A DNA stretch of 64,000 bases. Origin: an uncultured Acidobacteriota bacterium. Its GTDB lineage: Bacteria > Acidobacteriota > UBA6911. Both the position numbers and the translations under genes were made by a program. The stretch is taken from positions 32,001-96,000 of the forward strand of contig CAWJKZ010000004.1 in the NCBI GenBank assembly GCA_963843575.1. The letters run 5' to 3'. The stretch's first letter is position 1, and every line of letters begins with the position of its first letter. The notes under the pieces are model-generated. The model was not told the DNA's origin, did no database searches, and was given only the letters and a program-made list of their open reading frames with translations. Below are positions 40,884-50,076 of the stretch, piece after piece.

Positions 40884-42113
40884 TCAGCGCCCGCTCTTCT
40901 GAGATCCTTCGGGACCTCGAGGCGGTCTCGGAGGTATGTCTTGCAGCTCACCCCCAGCGGTGCAAACACCCGCGGAATCCACGAATCCGACGACATCCAG
41001 GAAGCGGCCGACGGTGGCCCCCCAGGTTTCTCCTCGAACGGATTCGCGCGCATATCCTGCCATCCGACGCCACCGTTCCCGGTCTGCCACCAGGACCCTC
41101 ATCCAGTGGGCGAACTCCTCGGGATCGGCCCTGGCCGCCAGTATGCCGTTTTCCCCATTCTGGACGCGCTCCGAGGCATTCGGCACATCCGTCAGAATCA
41201 CGGGAGTGCACATCCAGAAGGCTTCGCGCAGAACTCCAGGTATCGGGCCGAAACGCATGGGAAAAACAAACAGTCGGGCCGACGCCAGCAGCTCGATGTA
41301 CTGCCGGTAATCGCCTGGATCATCCTTGCGCAAGTACCCGTGGCAGACGACATGGGCCTGGTCCCCGGGCAACTCGCCCTTCGCGACGCCCACAAGATGC
41401 AGAGTGAACGGGTCCTGTGATCTGGAATTAAAGCGCTGAAACGCGCTCAGAAGTACGTCCACGCCTCGATGATGAAAACCGCGGCCGATGAACAGAAGGT
41501 CCCGGGAGGCCTCCTTTCGGGCGATCAGTGCGCTCGAATCCGGAGAGTCCTGTTCACCTAGATTGATGCCCGCCGTTAGCAGTGCCGGATTTGCGACGCG
41601 ATAGCGGTCCCGTACGAACTCCATGCAAGCCCGATTAAAGCTGAAAACGTACTGCGCGTTTTGCAGGTTCAGCCTCTCCCTCCGGATGAGCCAGCGATCG
41701 ACCTGGCTCGGGCGCACGCCCCGTTCCGCCAGATAGTGCTCGTACGTGCGATCGCAATAGTGGGCTACCGGCACATCCGAGTAACGATAGGAAGAGAATG
41801 AAAAAGTCAGAAACAGGTTCAGATCGGCGTCGCCGAAGGCTCGGCACGTTTTTGACAGCCGGGAATTCACCAGCCGGTGGAAAGCAGGAATCCTGAGGAG
41901 CGGACGTGGCTGCACCCCGCGCCTGGAGGCTGCGCGGTTGAAGATGTCGTTCAGCACGGACAGCGCCCGTTGGCTCGATCCCCCTTCCGGAACAAGGTTG
42001 ACCCGTCTTACCTCGACCTTGCGGGAGATGAGCGCGCGCGCGAAAAAGTAGGGCACATTCGACCAGGTGTTTATGTCGTTCGAATCACCCCAGGAAAACA
42101 GATTGATCTTCAC
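40884..42113 (-). CDS. GT4 family glycosyltransferase
   Basis: WGDSNDINTWSNVPYFF, LLFIGR..HHRGVD, GYLRK, LFVFP, EAFWMCTPVI, NGENG; start may be 42155. Confidence 0.85.
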   Translation of the reverse strand: MKINLFSWGDSNDINTWSNVPYFFARALISRKVEVRRVNLVPEGGSSQRALSVLNDIFNRAASRRGVQPRPLLRIPAFHRLVNSRLSKTCRAFGDADLNLFLTFSFSSYRYSDVPVAHYCDRTYEHYLAERGVRPSQVDRWLIRRERLNLQNAQYVFSFNRACMEFVRDRYRVANPALLTAGINLGEQDSPDSSALIARKEASRDLLFIGRGFHHRGVDVLLSAFQRFNSRSQDPFTLHLVGVAKGELPGDQAHVVCHGYLRKDDPGDYRQYIELLASARLFVFPMRFGPIPGVLREAFWMCTPVILTDVPNASERVQNGENGILAARADPEEFAHWMRVLVADRERWRRMAGYARESVRGETWGATVGRFLDVVGFVDSAGVCTAGGELQDIPPRPPRGPEGSQKSGR

Positions 42114-42249
42114 AGGATTCTCGGTGGAACAGAGCGAACCCCCGCCTGTCGCCACGCGGCCCTGGGCCGTTCGAGCCGACAGGTCCGCAGGTTGCGGGCG
42201 GGTTTGTGACCGGCCGCGTTTTATTCATCGGCCGACTGCGTTGCCCGCT

Positions 42250-44280
42250 TCAGCGGGTTGCGTAATCCCACTCGGCCGCACCGCGCTCCAGAACCGCCGG
42301 CAGGTCTTCGGGCAGGAGGAATCGCTGCTCGATCAGCCGTTCCGCGGCCTTCCGGTACAGCTGCAGATACTCTTCCCTGCCCGAATAGCGCTCTTGGATC
42401 GAGAGACGCGGATCCCCGCTGGACGCCCGCTCCTCCCTGGTTTTTGCCAGGGGCAGGTAGGAGCCAACGAAGCTCACCCGCTGGGTTGGAGCTCCGATTT
42501 GCGGCGCGCGCAGGTTCCACCCGGTATACGTCGCGAGGGGAACGGCGAGTTCGGGAAGCCGAATGCCGCCCATATCCTGACCATCCGGGTCCGGGTTGGG
42601 GACGAATATCGGGAACGGCTTGCCGACGACCGGGGGTTCCTTGGCTATGACGCCCTTCCTCTTGAACTCGGGGCCGTAGTCCACGTGGTAGCCCTGGTTT
42701 GCGTCGCGCGGCAGATTGGTGGATACGACGTACGGAAAACGCATCCGGTCGAGCGGAACCAGGGATCCGTCCGACAGTTTCGGATACACGCTTGGGGGCG
42801 GCTCTACACCGCGCGTGGCCCATGCGTCGAGGTTGGTGATCATCGCGCGCCACAGCCAGCGCACGGGATTGGGATTGTTTGCGTTTTGTATGTCCTGCCC
42901 GGGGCTGGGTGGGAAGGGGGGGCTTCCGTGCTGCAAGCCTGCCTCGAAGTAGATGCGGACGTTTGCGCCGGGCGCGAGATCCCTTTTCCCGTCGGGGCTG
43001 GTGTGAATGAGCGACGCCGCCCGACCCCAGTACTCGTACGATGTGTTGGTCAGGAACATCTTGGGGAGGGTGCGCGACTTCGTCGCCGCCGCCAGCAACC
43101 CGTCCTGCTCCCCGGTCTCGGGGTCGGTCTGGACCGAGTCCGCAAACGGGAAGATGTCGGTCGGGTAGAAGAGTGCGTTCATGGGCTGCGCATCGCGCGA
43201 GGGCTGGGCGAAGCGGTGATTGAAGCTGCCTCGGCCGGCGCCCGCGACGTGCGGGATCATGCCGTCGAAAACCTGGCGCCCCCGCTCGTCCGCATTGAAG
43301 TCCTGGTAGAGCATGTGGCGCAGGAAGCGGCCGCTCTGTGAAATGCCCACCCCGTAGGCGCGCCTGATCGGTGCGACGGCCGTGGGGTCGTGTTTCAGGT
43401 ACGAGACGAAGTCACGAACCGAGGCAAACCCGAGGCCGGCGACCGCCGGGTCCTGCGCGACGTAAACCAGCTCGTAAATCCTGCCCTTCCTGAACCCGCC
43501 GCTCAGCCGGAAGGAATCGCCGCCGGGACCGAACTGCCACTGGTCCCGCGGAATTACCATGCGCGGCGCGCACGGCAGTTCGCGTACGGTCAGGACGTTC
43601 CGGTCGCTCTGTGGATCGGCAACGGGATAGCCCGTACCGCCCAGGCGGTTCTGGATGAGGTGGCCGAGCGGCATTTCGTCGCGGTCCGCGTCGAGTGTGA
43701 AATCGGTGCGCACCAACCCCCGGATACGCGTGACGCTCGGGCCGCGCGCGATCGGAGCATAGAGGCGCAGGACGTTGGGGCCGGGGACCGCATCGTGCTG
43801 CCAGCCAATCCACGCAACCGTGTAGCCTCGATTGAGAAGAAAACCGTCTCCAAAATCCTCGACGGTGGCCGGATTGAGCGAGCCGCGGCCGCCGTTGACG
43901 ATGCCGAGGATGGCCTTGCCGCCACGATTGGAGATTTCCAGCAGCAGCGCGCCGTTTCCCCTGGCAGGATCCTTGGGCCGGAGGACATAGAAGTCCGCGC
44001 TGAACTCGACCTCGCCCGCGACGTTGCGGTCGGCCATGCCGAGGTCCACGATGGAGCGGTTGTGCGGATTGTCGGGCCGCACCCTGAAATGCACCCGCCC
44101 GGAGAGCTTTTCATAGGCTCCCGCCTTGCCCCATTCCCTTCCCCCGAGCACCTCCTCGCGGAGTTGCACGTCGACCCGCGCTACCCGGGCGGGAAGCGGG
44201 TTGGCGGCGAGGGCCGCCAACAGGAGAGTTGCGGACAGGACGACAAGGTACGGAGCTCTCCCCGACGGCCGCCGCTGCAC
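42250..44280 (-). CDS. Secreted alpha/beta hydrolase domain protein (Abhydrolase_10-like)
   Basis: Signal peptide from GTG 44280 (start uncertain); EISNRGGK, GYTVAWIGWQ, GISQSGRFLR, EYWGRAASL, GGIRLPE..VPLATYTGWN. Confidence 0.85.
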   Translation of the reverse strand: MQRRPSGRAPYLVVLSATLLLAALAANPLPARVARVDVQLREEVLGGREWGKAGAYEKLSGRVHFRVRPDNPHNRSIVDLGMADRNVAGEVEFSADFYVLRPKDPARGNGALLLEISNRGGKAILGIVNGGRGSLNPATVEDFGDGFLLNRGYTVAWIGWQHDAVPGPNVLRLYAPIARGPSVTRIRGLVRTDFTLDADRDEMPLGHLIQNRLGGTGYPVADPQSDRNVLTVRELPCAPRMVIPRDQWQFGPGGDSFRLSGGFRKGRIYELVYVAQDPAVAGLGFASVRDFVSYLKHDPTAVAPIRRAYGVGISQSGRFLRHMLYQDFNADERGRQVFDGMIPHVAGAGRGSFNHRFAQPSRDAQPMNALFYPTDIFPFADSVQTDPETGEQDGLLAAATKSRTLPKMFLTNTSYEYWGRAASLIHTSPDGKRDLAPGANVRIYFEAGLQHGSPPFPPSPGQDIQNANNPNPVRWLWRAMITNLDAWATRGVEPPPSVYPKLSDGSLVPLDRMRFPYVVSTNLPRDANQGYHVDYGPEFKRKGVIAKEPPVVGKPFPIFVPNPDPDGQDMGGIRLPELAVPLATYTGWNLRAPQIGAPTQRVSFVGSYLPLAKTREERASSGDPRLSIQERYSGREEYLQLYRKAAERLIEQRFLLPEDLPAVLERGAAEWDYATR

Positions 44281-44546
44281 AAACCGGTCCGGCTCGGCAA
44301 GGTGCGCGGCGGCAACCGGCGAGAATGCCTCGGGGTTCGACGGATTCACGCCTTCAGGATGCCGCATTGGCTGTTGCAAGCCTCGATCGAGCTTATCCCC
44401 GACTGCCTGCCCGCACACGCAGACGCCGGTTTTCTGAAATACAGCGCGATTCCTTATCCGCCCTCGGCCGGGAGAAGTATACTTCGTGTACCAGGACCTT
44501 GACAGGCTTGCTGTCACTCACATCAACCACCCGAGAGGAGAATGTC

Positions 44547-44840
44547 ATGGCAATCAACATCGTGCTCTGGAAACTCACGGAGCAGGGGATGAGGAACATC
44601 AAGGACTCCCCGAACCGCCTGCAAGCCGGAATCAAAGCCTTCGAGGCGGCCGGCGGCAAAATGCTGGGGGCCTATTACACGGTGGGCGAATACGACCTCG
44701 TCACCATCGGCGAGATTGCCGACGAGAAGGCGGGACTGGCCCACACGCTCACCATGAACATGTCGGGCAACGTGAAGTCCGTCACGATGCGGGCCTTCAC
44801 ACCGGCGGAGTTCGCGGAGATAATCGCCAAGACGCGCTAA
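44547..44840 (+). CDS. GYD domain protein
   Basis: AGGAG RBS; TEQG.RNIKDSP.R, YYTVGEYDLV, GNVKSVTMRAF. Confidence 0.88.
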   Translation: MAINIVLWKLTEQGMRNIKDSPNRLQAGIKAFEAAGGKMLGAYYTVGEYDLVTIGEIADEKAGLAHTLTMNMSGNVKSVTMRAFTPAEFAEIIAKTR

Positions 44841-44903
44841 CCTGAACATTTGATCCGCGTGGATTCGCGCCAATGGGCGTCCGACAAAATCCTGCAGGAA
44901 GGA

Positions 44904-46709
44904 GTGGAGGATCCCTCGCAGGTGCTGAAGTTCGCGATCAGGTTCGTGAAACCATACTGGAGGTTGGTCGCCTTCGTCCTCGTCGCGATGCTCGTCGAGG
45001 CGGCGGCGAGCCTTGCCTCGCCGTGGCCGTTGAAGATCGTGCTCGACTCGGTGCTGGGGTCGCGCCCGCTGCCTGAGTGGCTTGGCTGGCTGTCCGGGCC
45101 GGCCCGGGACAAGCTCACGATCCTCAACGCGGCCGTGTGCGCCACGATCGCGTTTGCGCTGCTGCAAGCCGCCGCCGCCTATGTCAACGGCTACTACTCG
45201 ACCAGCCTGGGTCAGTGGATTGCCCACGACCTGCGCCAGACGGTCTACGGGCACCTCCAGCGGCTGTCGCTCTCGTATTACGACCGCCAGCAGACCGGTC
45301 CCCTCGTCAGCACGATCACCGACGACATCAACGCCGTCCAGGAATTCGTCTCCTCGACGCTCCTTACGATCCTGATCGACCTGCTCACCATCACCGGCAT
45401 GCTCGTCGTGATGTTCTCGCTCAACTGGAACTTCACGCTGGTGGCGCTCTCCGTGACGCCGCTGTTGGCGCTCTTCGTGTATCGGCTGCGCTACGTGCTG
45501 AAGCGAGCCACGCACGACATGCGTCGCAAGCAAAGCGAGATCGTCTCGATCGTGCAGGAAGGGTTGGGATCCATCCGCGTCGTAAAGGCGTTTGCACAGG
45601 GCGCGTTCGAGCGCCGCCGGCTCGACACCAAGAGCCTCGAGAGCGTCGACGCGGCGCTCCGTGCGCGCCGGGTGCGCTCGATGCTGGGCCCCGTCGTTAC
45701 TGTGCTCGTGGCCGTCGGCACCGGGGCCGTGCTCTGGTTCGGCTCGCGACTGGTCATCGAGGGCACCATGACGGCCGGCGCACTCATCGTGTTCCTGACG
45801 TACCTCGGCAAGCTGTTCAAGCCGATCCAGGACCTCGCGCGGGCGAGCACGAACGTCGCGCAGGCTGCCGTGGGCCTCGAGCGAGTCATGGCCGTGCTCG
45901 ACACCGACGAGCGGCTACCCCGCTCGCCGCACGCGCGCACACTCGACCACGTGAAGGGCAAGGTCGAGTTCCGCAACGTGACTTTTGGCTACGATCGCCA
46001 CCGCCCGGTCCTGAAAGAGGTCTCGTTCGCGATTCAGCCGGGCCAGATGGTCGGCCTGGTCGGGCCGAGCGGCAGCGGCAAGTCGACGCTTGTCGGGCTC
46101 ATTCCACGCTTCTACGATCCGACTTCGGGCACGGTAGCCATCGATGGCCACGATGTCCGCAACTTCACGATCAGGTCGCTGCGCCGGCAGATCGGGTTCG
46201 TCCTCCAGGACACCCAGCTGTTTCACGCGCCCCTCTGGCAGAACATCGCCTACGGCAGACCGGACGCCACACGCGACGAGATCGTCGCCGCCGCGAGGCT
46301 GGCCCACGCGCACGAGTTCATTGAGGCTCTGCCCGAGGGGTACGAGACTGTCGTCGGGCAGGGCGGCCAGACGCTCTCCGGGGGGCAACGCCAAAGGCTC
46401 GGCATCGCAAGGGCTATGGTGCGGGAGGCGTCCATCGTGATCCTCGACGAGCCGAGTTCTGGCCTCGATGCGGAGTCGGAGCGGCTCGTCTTCGACGGGC
46501 TGGGCCGGCTGCTCGAAGGCAAGACCGCGTTCATCATCGCCCACCGCCTCGCCACGGTCAGGAAAGCCGACGTCATCCTCGTCCTGGACGAGGGCCGCAT
46601 CGTCGAATGCGGCGCACACGACGAGCTTCTCGCGCAGGGCGGAATGTACTCGGTCCTGCACCGGGCCCAGGATGCGGATCACCAGGCAGCCGGGGGACCT
46701 CGCGGGTAG
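44904..46709 (+). CDS. ABC exporter, fused TMD-NBD (MsbA/Sav1866-like)
   Basis: PWPLKIVLD, 6 TMs, GPSGSGKST, LSGGQRQR, ILDEP, IAHRL; start GTG 44904 or 44922. Confidence 0.93.
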   Translation: MEDPSQVLKFAIRFVKPYWRLVAFVLVAMLVEAAASLASPWPLKIVLDSVLGSRPLPEWLGWLSGPARDKLTILNAAVCATIAFALLQAAAAYVNGYYSTSLGQWIAHDLRQTVYGHLQRLSLSYYDRQQTGPLVSTITDDINAVQEFVSSTLLTILIDLLTITGMLVVMFSLNWNFTLVALSVTPLLALFVYRLRYVLKRATHDMRRKQSEIVSIVQEGLGSIRVVKAFAQGAFERRRLDTKSLESVDAALRARRVRSMLGPVVTVLVAVGTGAVLWFGSRLVIEGTMTAGALIVFLTYLGKLFKPIQDLARASTNVAQAAVGLERVMAVLDTDERLPRSPHARTLDHVKGKVEFRNVTFGYDRHRPVLKEVSFAIQPGQMVGLVGPSGSGKSTLVGLIPRFYDPTSGTVAIDGHDVRNFTIRSLRRQIGFVLQDTQLFHAPLWQNIAYGRPDATRDEIVAAARLAHAHEFIEALPEGYETVVGQGGQTLSGGQRQRLGIARAMVREASIVILDEPSSGLDAESERLVFDGLGRLLEGKTAFIIAHRLATVRKADVILVLDEGRIVECGAHDELLAQGGMYSVLHRAQDADHQAAGGPRG

Positions 46710-46952
46710 ACGCGAAAGGGCAAACGCGCGGAGCTTCCCGGCACGGCGGATCGGCGGCGCACGTCCCGTCACCACGTCAAAATCCGCGTGCATCCGAGGA
46801 AATCCGCGTCCTGAATATGACCGGATACGATGTGGCACCCGATGCCGAAGCTCGAAGTGATTCTATTCCCGGGCGAAGGGCCCGCCGATCTGTTTAAGAG
46901 TGCCGGGACAGAGGCTGCATCGGGGGGAAATCCAGTGAAGGGTGAGCGCCGG

Positions 46953-47990
46953 ATGTGGACGGGGTTCGCTACCGATTCAAACGTCGCCAGGCTGGCGCTC
47001 ATCGGCGCGCTCGCGTTGGTGCCGGCTGCTCAGCGGGCTTACGGAGCGGAGTTTTACAGCGGCAAGGTGATCCACCTCGTCGTGAGCCAGCCACCCGGCG
47101 GCGCGTACGATGCCTACGCGAGGCTCATCGCCAGGCACATGGGGAAACACATCCCGGGATCGCCGACCATCTTCGTCGACAATATGCCCGGAGCGGGTGG
47201 TCTGGTCGCCGCAAAGCACGTTTCAACCCGGGCCAAGCCGGATGGTTTGACGCTCGGCATGCTGAATCCGACCCCGTTCCTCGGCCACCTGCTGAAAAGC
47301 GACAACAGCATCGCGGGCCTTCAGCACCTGCAGTTCGTTGGCTCCCCGAGTCGGGACACACCCGTGTGCATCTTCACCCGCGCAAGCGGCATACGGGATC
47401 TTCGGAGCTGGCGGGCGGCCAAGTCCGCGCCCCGGTTGGGCATGAGCGGCGAGGGGGCGGGGAGTCGCATCTATGCGCTCCTCCTCGCGGCTGCATTGGA
47501 TCTGCCGAGCCGTCCGATCCGCGGGTACCGCGGGAGCGCGGACATCCGGCTGGCGATGGCCAACGGTGAGATCGACGGAACCTGCATAGGATTCAGCGCA
47601 GTCAAGTTGCTTTGGAATCCCGGGACTGACTTCTCGACCGTTCTCGCGGCAGCCGCAGCGCCGGAACCCGGACTCGAAAGCGTCCCATCGGCTGCGACTC
47701 TCGCCGGAAACAATGAAGCTAGGGCCCTGATCGAGAAGGGCATCTATGCCTTCGCCGCTCTCCTGAGGTACGTGGTTCTCCCGCCGGCCACGGCGCAGGC
47801 TCAGGTTCTGGTCATGCGCCGGGCTTTCTCGGAGACCATGAAGGACGCGGAATTCCTCGCCGGTGCGGCGAGATCACAATTGCCCATCCAGCCGATAAGT
47901 GGGGAGGAGCTTGAGGCCCTGGTCCGCTCGATCTCCACACTGCCGCCCGCGTTAGCGGCCCGGATCAGGGATATCCTCCGAAGCGATTGA
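46953..47990 (+). CDS. tctC: Tripartite tricarboxylate transporter substrate-binding protein (Bug/TctC)
   Basis: Signal peptide; FYSGKVI, PPGGAYDAYARL, NMPGAGG, AKPDGLTLG, GYRGS, GEIDG. Confidence 0.88.
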   Translation: MWTGFATDSNVARLALIGALALVPAAQRAYGAEFYSGKVIHLVVSQPPGGAYDAYARLIARHMGKHIPGSPTIFVDNMPGAGGLVAAKHVSTRAKPDGLTLGMLNPTPFLGHLLKSDNSIAGLQHLQFVGSPSRDTPVCIFTRASGIRDLRSWRAAKSAPRLGMSGEGAGSRIYALLLAAALDLPSRPIRGYRGSADIRLAMANGEIDGTCIGFSAVKLLWNPGTDFSTVLAAAAAPEPGLESVPSAATLAGNNEARALIEKGIYAFAALLRYVVLPPATAQAQVLVMRRAFSETMKDAEFLAGAARSQLPIQPISGEELEALVRSISTLPPALAARIRDILRSD

Positions 47991-48047
47991 ACCCTGCCAC
48001 GGCCGCAATCCGAAGCGGTCGGCTGGGCGCGGGAGTCGAGACCGGAA

Positions 48048-50060
48048 ATGGGGGAGTTTTTGGAGGCGTTCGCCGCCGGGCTTCTTGGTCTGTTTCATTG
48101 GCCGGAATTTGGGCTGATGCTGATCGGTACGTGCCTGGGGGGAGTAGTCGGGCTCCTCCCCGGCATTGGAGGAGCCGCGACGCTGGTAATCCTCCTCCCG
48201 TTTGCATACGCCATGAAGCCCGAGCACGGCCTTGCGCTCCTGGTTTCGATGATCGCGGTCGTGACGACGACGGGGGACATCACCTCGATTTTGTTTGGCA
48301 TCCCGGGCGAGGGAACGACCGCAAGCACCGTCGTGGATGGCTACCCCATGACACGGCAGGGGGAATCCCGCCGAGCGCTTGGGGCCGCCATCACCGCTTC
48401 CGCAGTCGGTGCGGCCTTCGGTGCTCTCACTCTTGCGGCTGCCATCCCGTTCGTCCGCCCCCTGGTGCTTTCGATCGGCTCCCCCGAGTTCTTCATGCTC
48501 GCGCTGCTGGGCATCAGCTTCCTGTCCTTGATCTCCCGGGGGAGCGCTCTCAAGGGACTCATCGCGGGAGGCATCGGTCTCCTGCTGGCGACGGTCGGAA
48601 TCGACACCATCGATGGCGTTCCCAGATACAGCTTCGACATCCTGTTTCTTTGGGACGGCATCGGAGTGCTGCCCGCGGCCATGGGGCTGTTCGCGGTTCC
48701 GGAAGTCCTCGCGCTCGTGACGACGGCGAAAGACCCGATGTTCCAGCGGCCGATTGAGGATTCGGGAAGCGTTTTGGCGGGCATCCGGGATGCCGTTCGC
48801 CACCGTTGGCTTGTCTTGAGGTGCAGCGCCCTCGGCACATACATCGGCCTTTTGCCGGGCATGGGAGCTTCGATCTCCCAGTGGGTGGCGTACGCCCACT
48901 CGGTACAGAGCTCGAAAGATCAGGAGCGGTTCGGAAAGGGAGCCGTCGAAGGGGTTCTGGGCCCGGCAGCCGCGAACAACTCCACGCTCGGAGGTGCACT
49001 GATTCCCACTCTCGGCTTCGGCATTCCCGGGAGTCTCGGCACCACCATACTTCTGGGTGCTATGCTCGCGCAGGGTATCGTTCCCGGCCCCAAAATGCTC
49101 ATCCCGGAGACGCAGGGCGGACACCTCACCCTGACCTTCACGATTGTCTGGATTGTCATCGTCTCGAATCTGATCGCCTCGGGGATATCCCTGGCGGCTC
49201 TCAGGCAGCTGGCGAAGATCACCAACATCCGCGGCAGGGTCCTGTTTCCTTTGCTCCTGTCCTTCATATGCCTCGGCTCGTTCGCGGAAAAAAACGCCAT
49301 TGAAGACCTGCTGGTGGTGGCGGCGGTGGGGGTGTTGGGCTGTGTGATGAAGCGCCTGGACTGGCCGCGGCCACCGTTGCTCCTCGGCCTCATCCTGGGG
49401 CCGATCGCGGAGAACAAGCTTTTCATCTCGCAGAACCTGTACGGCTGGTCCTGGGTACTGCGGCCGGGAGTCCTCGTAATCCTGGCAATCATTCTGGCCG
49501 GATTTTGCCAACCCCTCATCCGGTTGCTCGTGCGCAGACTTGCCGGGAGGGGCGGTGCCACGTCCCCGCCGTCAGTCGCGCGGCAAGCCGATTCCGAATC
49601 ATCCCCCCCGCTTCCCTCGTTTCTTTTCAGCCTGTTTACCCTGGGGGTGTCTCTCATGGGGCTCTTCATGGCGCGAGACCTGAGTTTCCGATCGGGTCTC
49701 TTCCCCCGAGGTGCGTGTCTCCTCGTACTCGTCTTGTCGCTGATCGAGGTTGTTGGAGGGATTCTCCAACAGCGTCGGCAGACGCCGGGGAGGGCAGCGA
49801 TGGTCTCGAGGCGGGAGCCGGATTCTGGCCGGCGTGGGATCATCTGGTGGTGCCTGGGCTACCTGGCGGCTATCTGGCTTGTCGGATTCATAATCGCAAT
49901 TCCAGTTTTTACCTTTCTCTTCCTGAGGTTCGGTGCACGGGAGAGAGGGTGGCTCAGCTTTGCCATGGCGGCGGGGTGTTTCATCTTCCTCTATGGTTTG
50001 ATGTCGATGGCCCTTCATACGCCGTTCCCGGAAGGAATCATTTTTCAGGCAATTGCCTGA
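48048..50060 (+). CDS. tctA: TctA permease with fused C-terminal TctB-like domain
   Basis: GLLPGIG, GIPGE..T..DGYPM, AANN, GIPGS, PLLLGLILG, then about 150 aa with 4 TMs (LFPRG ... TPFPEG) typical of TctB. Confidence 0.88.
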   Translation: MGEFLEAFAAGLLGLFHWPEFGLMLIGTCLGGVVGLLPGIGGAATLVILLPFAYAMKPEHGLALLVSMIAVVTTTGDITSILFGIPGEGTTASTVVDGYPMTRQGESRRALGAAITASAVGAAFGALTLAAAIPFVRPLVLSIGSPEFFMLALLGISFLSLISRGSALKGLIAGGIGLLLATVGIDTIDGVPRYSFDILFLWDGIGVLPAAMGLFAVPEVLALVTTAKDPMFQRPIEDSGSVLAGIRDAVRHRWLVLRCSALGTYIGLLPGMGASISQWVAYAHSVQSSKDQERFGKGAVEGVLGPAAANNSTLGGALIPTLGFGIPGSLGTTILLGAMLAQGIVPGPKMLIPETQGGHLTLTFTIVWIVIVSNLIASGISLAALRQLAKITNIRGRVLFPLLLSFICLGSFAEKNAIEDLLVVAAVGVLGCVMKRLDWPRPPLLLGLILGPIAENKLFISQNLYGWSWVLRPGVLVILAIILAGFCQPLIRLLVRRLAGRGGATSPPSVARQADSESSPPLPSFLFSLFTLGVSLMGLFMARDLSFRSGLFPRGACLLVLVLSLIEVVGGILQQRRQTPGRAAMVSRREPDSGRRGIIWWCLGYLAAIWLVGFIIAIPVFTFLFLRFGARERGWLSFAMAAGCFIFLYGLMSMALHTPFPEGIIFQAIA

Positions 50061-50076
50061 GGTGGAGGACAGGCCA

